From an uncultured virus (IMG/VR IMGVR_UViG_3300048832_000103) (taxonomy: Duplodnaviria; Heunggongvirae; Uroviricota; Caudoviricetes): DNA of 64,000 bases. This document shows positions 1-7,326 of the stretch, piece by piece (within the stretch, counting starts at the first letter, position 1; each line of letters begins with the position of its first letter). The position numbers were made by a program, and so were the translations under genes. The notes beneath the pieces are model-generated. The model saw nothing but the letters and a program-made list of their open reading frames with translations, was not told the origin of the DNA and did no database searches. The stretch lies in IMG/VR virus record IMGVR_UViG_3300048832_000103. One strand, given 5' to 3'.

Positions 1-151
1 CTGTTGATGGTTGCCGGCTTCCGCCCAAGGAGTCTTTCGTGCGTTCAAGAGTTCGCCCAAGAGGATACCTCCATAGACCACGCCAGAGAGCAGACTCACC
101 GTGAGGAAAGCGTTTATCAATATAGATAGACCTCTCCCGCGAGACGCTAGT

Positions 152-757
152 CTACCCTTTAGCTTTCCCACCGTCAAGCTCAAAAAACCTTTTTTTGAAT
201 TCCATGTAGTCTCTTCTCGGGTTCGCATGACACGTGTCCAGTTCCATTAGTCGGACCTCGAGGCCCTGCCTCTGGCCGATGTACTTGTTCAAGAGCAATC
301 GTCCGTAGTTTCGGAAAGGCCCCTCGGGAGCCAAGCTCGTGATTTCTCGAGCCATCTGTAAGTCGTCGGCATCATTTATAATTTGCAACTGACCTTTATG
401 CATGGGAACGCAGTCATATCGACGCCATATCAACTTCTGCCATCGGGCTTCGTACTCGTCGAGGTCCACGCCGAGCTGCTTAAGGTAGCGCTTCACCGGC
501 CGCGTGACGTCGCCCACATAGGTCTCATGGGCATCGTGCAAGAGGGCGGCGAGACGGAGCTCGTCGGGGACCAGACGAGACACTTCCAACGAGTGACGAG
601 CGACCGAGATGTGGGTCGATAGGTGTCCGTTGAACCGTAGGATTCCCGCCAGACTCCATGCAATATCTTCTATATCAATGTCTTCTGATTTAGGATCACT
701 TAGATCAACCCAAGCACCAGAAGACACACCTAGCCAACAGGGCTCATTTGAACTCAT
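152..757 (-). CDS. HD-domain phosphohydrolase (YfdR/YfbR-like 5'-deoxynucleotidase)
   Basis: DIEDIAWSLA..RFNGH, SVARHS and LLHDAHETYVGDV.RPVK motifs typical of phage HD nucleotidases. Confidence 0.85.
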   Translation of the reverse strand: MSSNEPCWLGVSSGAWVDLSDPKSEDIDIEDIAWSLAGILRFNGHLSTHISVARHSLEVSRLVPDELRLAALLHDAHETYVGDVTRPVKRYLKQLGVDLDEYEARWQKLIWRRYDCVPMHKGQLQIINDADDLQMAREITSLAPEGPFRNYGRLLLNKYIGQRQGLEVRLMELDTCHANPRRDYMEFKKRFFELDGGKAKG

Positions 758-1233
758 TTAGAAATTCCCCATAGCATACCAAAGGTTATCGTTCCTGCCG
801 CAAGTATACCTATACCTCCCCACTTTAACCCATTTTTGATTTTTCGAATCCTTTCGGCACGAGCATATTCCTTCTGCTGTTCGCCTACCAAAGCCCGCAA
901 CCGGCTAACTTCTAAATTACTGGCTTCTAATTGGCTCGCTCTTATTTCGGATGTTTGACCTACAACAGTCAATTCAGCCCTAGTGGTATCTAGCAGGACA
1001 TTCAATTCGTGATTTACATAGTGAAAATGCTTAGCTACCTCTATCCAGATAACAATTTTTCTGAATTCCTCGGTAGGATAGCACTCACGCAACCCCGAGG
1101 GTGTTTTTATCGTGTACCCATCGGGTACTTCAGGCAGCTCGTCGGCCCTCAGGGACCACGTCAAGGCTATCAAAGCCCAGAAAATTAGCCCGACGAGGAG
1201 GTCTTTCAGAAAATTAGTCAGCGCTCTTTCCAT
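754..1233 (-). CDS. Membrane protein with N-terminal signal/TM, coiled coil and C-terminal TM (possibly spanin-like)
   Basis: Hydrophobic N-terminus LLVGLIFWALIALTWS and C-terminal GGIGILAAGTITFGMLWG; start moved to ATG at 1233. Confidence 0.5.
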   Translation of the reverse strand: MERALTNFLKDLLVGLIFWALIALTWSLRADELPEVPDGYTIKTPSGLRECYPTEEFRKIVIWIEVAKHFHYVNHELNVLLDTTRAELTVVGQTSEIRASQLEASNLEVSRLRALVGEQQKEYARAERIRKIKNGLKWGGIGILAAGTITFGMLWGISK

Positions 1234-1597
1234 ATAAACGATCTTTGAGTTCCTCGTGGGTAGCGTTAGCCACTGATTTCCGGGTCTGTTCGAAGTCGGC
1301 TCGGGCATCTTGAATCACCTTCTCGACAATAGCGGCCTTGTCCTTCAAGGCTTTTTGCTGTCCTTTCAATTGGGCGATGGATTTGTCGCAGGATTTATTT
1401 AGGCTGTCAAGTGGGGCGTTCTTCGCTCGCTCGATGTAGTTCTCGGTCAACCTGCTTGAATTCAACATCCACCACAACCCTGCCACGGTGAGAAGAGCAA
1501 TCCATGGAAGGATCAATAGGAGTATCACCCACCATTTTTTGTTACGGAATAGACTTGTGGGGTCATACAATATTTGGTCCCATACATTTTTTATCAT
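1214..1597 (-). CDS. Single-pass membrane coiled-coil protein (possibly Rz/i-spanin-like)
   Basis: TM segment WWVILLLILPWIALLTVAGLWW followed by a helical heptad region. Confidence 0.5.
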   Translation of the reverse strand: MIKNVWDQILYDPTSLFRNKKWWVILLLILPWIALLTVAGLWWMLNSSRLTENYIERAKNAPLDSLNKSCDKSIAQLKGQQKALKDKAAIVEKVIQDARADFEQTRKSVANATHEELKDRLYGKSAD

Positions 1598-1608
1598 TCT
1601 GGGAACTC

Positions 1609-1875
1609 CTATGCCTGGTGCCGCGTGTTTGCTGAATCTAAAACGACTGTGACCGGACTATCGTCTACAAGTTCACCTATTATATGCTCACGACACATTA
1701 CCCAAGAGCGCCTATCGTTAGAACTCTCCGCTCGAGAAGCAATATCGAACAGAGCGCACCACGTTCCACACTGCGCAGACCCGTCACCATAAGGACAACC
1801 AAGCTTCCGACCATCCTCGGCTACCAGGATCTTGGTGGTCTTGGTGTTCTTCCGAATTAGGCTAACCCTCTTCAC
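1609..1875 (-). CDS. Small Cys-containing hypothetical protein
   Basis: GTG start overlaps the cysH-like stop (GTGA); CP..C..WC..C pattern. Confidence 0.55.
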   Translation of the reverse strand: MKRVSLIRKNTKTTKILVAEDGRKLGCPYGDGSAQCGTWCALFDIASRAESSNDRRSWVMCREHIIGELVDDSPVTVVLDSANTRHQA

Positions 1876-2498
1876 GTTTTCACCGCATGGATTCCGCACT
1901 CTAGCCTCTCACCGGCCCAGCGGCCAGAGCGCTCATCGTCCGAGGTCGGCAGGCTCGTGCAAGGCTGGCACCCAATCGACCGGTATCCCTGGCTGTGCAG
2001 CGGTTGCACTGGTACGTCGTTATCTCGAATGTATTTCCAGCATTGCTCGCTTGTCCAGTTTAGCATCGGAGCCAAACGGATCTTGCCAAACTGGTCAGGC
2101 TCGATTTCCCTTGTGTCCTTTCTCGTCGAGGCCTGGTCCCACCGAAGAGCGGAAACCCATGCCTGATAAGGCTGTAGCGCGCACCACAGTGGAAGAACCT
2201 TGTGCTCGGTGCAGCACTCTTGCGTCGGCGGGAGGTGCGTGCTCTGCGGGGGAGGTCCGACCCAGTGCAGGTCCAGATCCCATTCCCGGCCCATGAGGTT
2301 GGCGAAGTCCACGGTTTCACTGAACAGCTTGCCAGTGTCGATGGAAATGACCGGGACGTGCTCCCAGACCTTGCGGGCATGATCAAGCAGAACCATCCCT
2401 GAGTAGCCCCACGCTGTGGTGAAGATGACCTTGTCGTTGTACATGTCACGGTAGAAACTCAAAGTCTCGCGCAACCTATCAGACTTCTCTGTCACCAA
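1872..2498 (-). CDS. cysH: APS/PAPS reductase (4Fe-4S APS-reductase type)
   Basis: IDTGKLFSET, ECC..HKV.PL, R.DQ..TR, P.LNWT, GYRSIGCQPCT, ERSGRW and C-terminal ECGIH. Confidence 0.92.
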   Translation of the reverse strand: MVTEKSDRLRETLSFYRDMYNDKVIFTTAWGYSGMVLLDHARKVWEHVPVISIDTGKLFSETVDFANLMGREWDLDLHWVGPPPQSTHLPPTQECCTEHKVLPLWCALQPYQAWVSALRWDQASTRKDTREIEPDQFGKIRLAPMLNWTSEQCWKYIRDNDVPVQPLHSQGYRSIGCQPCTSLPTSDDERSGRWAGERLECGIHAVKT

Positions 2499-3262
2499 GG
2501 TACTGGTCCTTTCAGCGCTCCGGTGAGGTTGATCACGGGAGGTCTCTCGGTCTCACCATATTTCTTAGTCCATCTCCACCATCCTGCAAGGCCTACCGCG
2601 GCCTCGAGGCCGGGAGCAGGCAAGCAGTTCACTAAGCTCTGTAGGTGCTCCAAGGCGCGGTAAATCTCCGATGCCGAGACCTCGATAGCCTCGGGGAGCT
2701 CGGGCGCGTCGGCCAGAGCAGGCGCCCAACGAGGGATGAGATCGGGCTCGGGGCGCACGGGAATGACCACGGTACTTCGAGCTGGCCAAACGGCTTTGAC
2801 CGCCGCGCAACCATATCCGCCGCCTGTGGCCTGGAAGTAATGATCTGGCGGGCTATCACGGTACATTTCATGGACTTGCTGTAATATCTCTCGAGCCATA
2901 ATCTGATGAGCAATCATCTTCAATTGGTTGTTGCTTCCAGCGAATAAGATAGTCCTTCCCTTATCAGACATCTCATACTCGTCCATAACCTGCTTTATGA
3001 CACGAATCCGGGGAGTCTTATCGTCCCATGTGTAAACTACAACATCTAAATCTTTGCATATACTAGTTATAGCCTCACCAGTGTTACCACTGGTTGCTAC
3101 AATAATCGTTTTCACACCCTGCAAAGCCGCAAAATGTTTCACAACCACAGCTTCGCGGTATTTAAAAGACCCCGTTGGGAGCATATAATCACATTTCAGA
3201 TAAACCATTCGGCCGCAACCGTCATCTGATAGGATGAGGGGACTTCTTATCATTTCTTCCAT
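2492..3262 (-). CDS. Fold-type II PLP enzyme, cysteate synthase/threonine synthase-like (compact, 256 aa)
   Basis: LKCDYMLPTGSFKYREA (PLP lysine), ATSGNTG, PDHYFQATGGG (resembles the cysteate synthase PDHYFQAVGSG) and INLTG. Confidence 0.8.
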   Translation of the reverse strand: MEEMIRSPLILSDDGCGRMVYLKCDYMLPTGSFKYREAVVVKHFAALQGVKTIIVATSGNTGEAITSICKDLDVVVYTWDDKTPRIRVIKQVMDEYEMSDKGRTILFAGSNNQLKMIAHQIMAREILQQVHEMYRDSPPDHYFQATGGGYGCAAVKAVWPARSTVVIPVRPEPDLIPRWAPALADAPELPEAIEVSASEIYRALEHLQSLVNCLPAPGLEAAVGLAGWWRWTKKYGETERPPVINLTGALKGPVPW

Positions 3263-4062
3263 ACAACACCTTTGAATTGCGTGCCGGGGTTATGATTGAT
3301 TTCTATAATCACAAATTTATTATTTTTATCAAATGTTCCATCGACGGACCAATTTTGATTTCTATAACGTTTAACCTTTGGGACTATCTCTTTGTTTATC
3401 TGCTCGACTACTTCAGGAATGCCCCCAAGCTTCTCCCCAAAAGGAGCGGTCTCAAGAGATTTTTCTTTGACTACTTTAGCCGTATGAGAATCAATTGATT
3501 TCAAATCAATATCTTCTTTACTTCGAATAACACCCTCTAAGTCGACCCATATGTATTTTCTGTCCTTCCAGCCAGAGTTAGAGATTCCTGAATGTTCAAA
3601 ATACAGTGGCGTTAGGCCTATAAAGCTCACTCGGTCGTGCCCAATAAGTCGGATAACCGGGGGGCATCTAATATCATCGGTGAACTTGTGTAGCCGTTCA
3701 TGTGGGTAAATCCATTCCTCGGCAAACCACGAACGTACAGCCATTAATTTTTTTGGAGTGTTTAGCTTTATCTTTCTTATCCTATTTAGTTTGACCCTTA
3801 GCTTGTTAGGTGCAATTAAATCTTTATCTGGAAACATTATGAAACCTTCAGAAGTCTTCTCTAGCAGAGCTATGCCGCTGCTTTGACGACCACTCTGAGG
3901 TTTCCACACGTATTCTCCCATAGGGGCGTTCACTAGAGCCCCTACCGTAGCATAAAACCGCCCAGGATTAATCAAGTTGTTAGGATAAGAAAAAGAGGTA
4001 TTCTCGCTAAGCCAAAGCTTAGTGAAAATCTTGTTCCAAAACATTTTGGCATTTATTAACAT
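3250..4062 (-). CDS. ATP-grasp ligase paralog 4 (ATPgrasp_ST / alpha-L-glutamate ligase-like)
   Basis: NKIFTK.WL...YP, YVWKP.SGRQSSGI, WFAEEWI.PHE and VDG.FD...IIEINHNPG. Confidence 0.8.
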   Translation of the reverse strand: MLINAKMFWNKIFTKLWLSENTSFSYPNNLINPGRFYATVGALVNAPMGEYVWKPQSGRQSSGIALLEKTSEGFIMFPDKDLIAPNKLRVKLNRIRKIKLNTPKKLMAVRSWFAEEWIYPHERLHKFTDDIRCPPVIRLIGHDRVSFIGLTPLYFEHSGISNSGWKDRKYIWVDLEGVIRSKEDIDLKSIDSHTAKVVKEKSLETAPFGEKLGGIPEVVEQINKEIVPKVKRYRNQNWSVDGTFDKNNKFVIIEINHNPGTQFKGVVWKK

Positions 4063-4890
4063 CTATTTCTTCTTCCAAGTGACTCCTAAAAATGGGGTTC
4101 CTATTGCAGAGTTAATTTCGATAATAACAAACCGATTATTCTTATCAAAGACTCCATCAACAGACCAGCACTTGTTATGAACTAGCTTCAATTTCGGACT
4201 AATTTCACTATTCACTTGATCGATGATTTCCTTAACGCCCTCAATTTTTTGGCCACACAAGTCCGTGTCAATACGCCTATCCACAACAGACTTTAGTGTT
4301 TTCTTGTCAGCACTAGACAGGTCCATTTCATCGGTGTGTCTTACGACACCATTAAAATCTAACCATAGATACTTCCGATGGTCCCAACCAAAGGAAGATA
4401 TGCCGACCTCGTTAAAGTATACTGGCGAAATCACAACAAAATGAACTTTACTGCGGCCGCAAATACGAATAACTGGCGGACAGCGCATGTCATCCGTAAA
4501 CGGTTTCAAGCGTTCGTGTGGCTTAATCCATTCCTCGGCAAACCACCTTCTATGACCTCGAATCTCTTTGGCCTCGGAAATAGTTAACCGCTTTATCCTA
4601 ATTAACTCTTCAATAGTGGCTTGCAAAGATAATACATCACTAGATGGAAATATCTTGTATCCGTCGGCAGTTTTATCCAGTAGAGCTACTCCCCAACCCT
4701 TGCGGCCAAAGCATGGCTTCCACACATATTCCCCAACGGGTAACTCCTCTAATTTATTGATAGAAACGTCGAAATAATCGAGCTCTATGCAGTTCTTAGG
4801 ATAAGCAAATGTAGTATTTTCGCTAAGCCATTGCTTAGTATAAATCTTGTTTGCAAACCTTTTAGGTATTATCCTATGATTAATAATCAT
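4063..4890 (-). CDS. ATP-grasp ligase paralog 3
   Basis: NKIYTK.WL, YVWKPCFGRKGWGV, WFAEEWI.PHE and VDGVFD..IEINSAIG; ATG overlaps the upstream stop. Confidence 0.8.
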   Translation of the reverse strand: MIINHRIIPKRFANKIYTKQWLSENTTFAYPKNCIELDYFDVSINKLEELPVGEYVWKPCFGRKGWGVALLDKTADGYKIFPSSDVLSLQATIEELIRIKRLTISEAKEIRGHRRWFAEEWIKPHERLKPFTDDMRCPPVIRICGRSKVHFVVISPVYFNEVGISSFGWDHRKYLWLDFNGVVRHTDEMDLSSADKKTLKSVVDRRIDTDLCGQKIEGVKEIIDQVNSEISPKLKLVHNKCWSVDGVFDKNNRFVIIEINSAIGTPFLGVTWKKK

Positions 4891-5729
4891 GGCCTTCCCG
4901 ACTTCCCTTTCCATGTAACACCCAAAAATCCTGGTGCGGCCATTTTATTAATCTCGACGACAATGAATCTGTCATCTTTATCAAAGATTCCATCAACAGA
5001 CCAGCTTCGGAACTTGTTAAATTTCAGCTTAGGGCTAATTTCTCGATTTATTTGGTTTATCAGTTCTCTAACACCTTCTATTTTTTCACCGTAAAAAGGT
5101 GTTTCTACACTTCTATCTGGTACAATTCGCTTAGTTAAAGCATTAGATTTTTTTATATTTAGCGCCTCTTCCGGTATAATCACGCCATCGAAATCGAGCC
5201 ATATATACTTGCGTTGTTTCCAACCCGTCGGCGCTATACCTGACAAATTGAGATACACTGGCGACAACGTCACAAAATGGACTCTATTCTGACCACAAAC
5301 GCGAATAAGTGGGGGCAACCTTTTGTCATCGGTGAATTTATGGAAGCGTTCATGTGGATAAATCCACTCTTCTGCAAACCATTTTTTAAATCTTCCGGCT
5401 TCACGGACCTCTGAAATAGATAATCTTTTTATCCTAGTCAGTTCACAAACTAATTCTTCCGAAGACATAATTTTGTCGGACGGGTATACTTTAAAACCTT
5501 CTACGTTTTTTTCTACTAGGGCTACACCCCAGCTTTTTCTACCATAGCAAGGCTTCCAAACATAGTTACCACAAGGTATATCAAGAAACCGGCTAGAAGC
5601 TTTACCGAAATCATCTAAATCTATAACATTCTTAGGATAGGCAAAGGTTGTATTAGCCTGCAACCATTCCTTGGTAAAAATCTTATCGTCGAATCTTGCA
5701 GTGTTGAGACCATCCTTATTTATTCGCAT
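4887..5729 (-). CDS. ATP-grasp ligase paralog 2
   Basis: DDKIFTK.WL, YVWKPCYGRKSWGV, WFAEEWI.PHE and VDGIFD..VEINKMAAPG. Confidence 0.8.
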   Translation of the reverse strand: MRINKDGLNTARFDDKIFTKEWLQANTTFAYPKNVIDLDDFGKASSRFLDIPCGNYVWKPCYGRKSWGVALVEKNVEGFKVYPSDKIMSSEELVCELTRIKRLSISEVREAGRFKKWFAEEWIYPHERFHKFTDDKRLPPLIRVCGQNRVHFVTLSPVYLNLSGIAPTGWKQRKYIWLDFDGVIIPEEALNIKKSNALTKRIVPDRSVETPFYGEKIEGVRELINQINREISPKLKFNKFRSWSVDGIFDKDDRFIVVEINKMAAPGFLGVTWKGKSGRP

Positions 5730-6628
5730 GGTCGCCTCAACCCGTCGTAAGTGTTTAGATGCTTCACGTTTGGAGCATGCTCAATCTCAATGCAAACGAA
5801 GTCGACCGAACCATCCTTGTTCTGCCGATAGACCCCATCGAACGCAAACAATGCGTGAGGGCTCATTGCCAAGCATATCTCATTTTTTATTGAGTCTAGG
5901 ATCTTGTCGAAGAACGGCAAGACCATCCCCGTAACGTCCTTCACCGTCCCGTAGTTCTCGATGGACCAAGGCAGGTCGTTCGGCACGTCTGGGCGGGTCT
6001 GTAGGAGCTCTCCCGCGTAGTTGAAACAGATGCGCCGAGCCCCACCCTGCAAGGTTCCCCGGCCTCGAGAGGCTTTCGTCGGTATGTGGATTTCACCGAA
6101 GTGGAAATCTCCTCGGCTCATGATGATTCTCACGAGCGGATTGAATGGGGCGTCATACTCAAGGGTTTTCAGTTCTTCGGGTGCAGGCGAGATGTACTCT
6201 TCCACAATCCACTTAAGAGCTGTCGGAGCTTTGGGGATGTCTGAAACAATATCAAGGAACAACTCGTTGGAATCAAGTAGGCGTAAATTAGCATCCCTGA
6301 ATCCAATATCATTTGGTTCCTTCCAGACCATACGAACTCCCCTAGAACGGGACAAGTTAACAGGCTTCACTATCACCCAACGTTCTGTAGGACAGCTCGT
6401 ACCTGTCAACCATGCACGCAACTCGGCCCAAGTAGCCGAGCAAACTAGCGTAGGAGGAATATTAAACGACGTATTGGCTAACAGCCAGTTCTTAGTCCAA
6501 ACCTTATTCCATGTAGACTTTAATATTTTCCTGTATGGTGCAGGTTCATTCTTTCTTCGCTCTGCACGCAACCGTTTAGGATTTATAACATGAGGCCTTT
6601 TCTGAGTCGTTACTACAACCTTACCCAT
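5720..6628 (-). CDS. ATP-grasp ligase paralog 1 (most similar to alpha-L-glutamate ligase-like proteins)
   Basis: NKVWTK.WL, IVKPVNLSRSRGV, WIVEEYI, PTKASRGRGTLQGGA (compare PT..S.GKANLHQGA) and IEIEHAP; start moved to 6628. Confidence 0.8.
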   Translation of the reverse strand: MGKVVVTTQKRPHVINPKRLRAERRKNEPAPYRKILKSTWNKVWTKNWLLANTSFNIPPTLVCSATWAELRAWLTGTSCPTERWVIVKPVNLSRSRGVRMVWKEPNDIGFRDANLRLLDSNELFLDIVSDIPKAPTALKWIVEEYISPAPEELKTLEYDAPFNPLVRIIMSRGDFHFGEIHIPTKASRGRGTLQGGARRICFNYAGELLQTRPDVPNDLPWSIENYGTVKDVTGMVLPFFDKILDSIKNEICLAMSPHALFAFDGVYRQNKDGSVDFVCIEIEHAPNVKHLNTYDGLRRPCE

Positions 6629-7010
6629 CTTTTTGCCTCTTTCGTGGTGTTTTAGAACGTACAATATGCCGAGGTGCTTTTTTACCTTCGGGGTCCGCTT
6701 TGGCTTGCCGAGCTTTCTTTGCTCTTGCCGCTCGCTCGAAAGGTCCAGTTCCATGTTCAGACATGAACTTGCCAGGGGAACTGGATAAGATTTGATTATC
6801 ACGCAACTCTGCTAACCCACAAAGGTCGCAAGAACTTCCAAGCAGGCGGTTTCCGCACTTCTCGCAGGCCTTGGTACCCATCCAACACACAAAACACAGA
6901 TCACCCACGTGAGTGTCTCTTATGGGCATCTTTGAGCGTTGACATTTCCTACACGCCCTTATTGTAAGGGGATAATGTCCCCAACTCTTACTTGTAAAGG
7001 TTGTGGTCAC
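6621..7010 (-). CDS. Multi-CxxC zinc-finger protein with basic tail
   Basis: CRKC, CFVC, CEKC and CDLC; overlaps both neighbouring genes. Confidence 0.6.
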   Translation of the reverse strand: MTTTFTSKSWGHYPLTIRACRKCQRSKMPIRDTHVGDLCFVCWMGTKACEKCGNRLLGSSCDLCGLAELRDNQILSSSPGKFMSEHGTGPFERAARAKKARQAKADPEGKKAPRHIVRSKTPRKRQKDG

Positions 7011-7278
7011 GATACTCTTTCAGCGCTACAAAGACGGTGTCAGCGACCTCCCGCATTACCACGCCCTTGGCGCTGTGCCAAAGCTGCGCGGTAATCTGCT
7101 CTTGTGAGCTGCCCAAGGCGCTCGAGATGAGGATTCTAAGTGCCGCCGATATATTAAGCGAGCCCCCCTCGTTTACGAGCCCATTCTTCTCAGCAAAGAC
7201 CTCGATTCGTTGGATTGTCTCGTTGTCCAGTCTAACTGCAAGTGCGCGTGTTTGCTCTTTATTCATGCAAATCCCCAT
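6988..7278 (-). CDS. Ribbon-helix-helix-like transcription regulator
   Basis: LAVRLD.ETIQRIE.FA...G..N.SAALR.LI pattern. Confidence 0.6.
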   Translation of the reverse strand: MGICMNKEQTRALAVRLDNETIQRIEVFAEKNGLVNEGGSLNISAALRILISSALGSSQEQITAQLWHSAKGVVMREVADTVFVALKEYRDHNLYK

Positions 7279-7326
7279 ATCACAATGTTGGAATGTTTAC
7301 AAGGCCAGAAAATGGTAAACCGCTTT

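Noticed and set aside
152..757. DatZ of a 2-aminoadenine (Z) genome system
   Set aside because: No PurZ or MazZ is visible, and HD hydrolases of this type are common in phages
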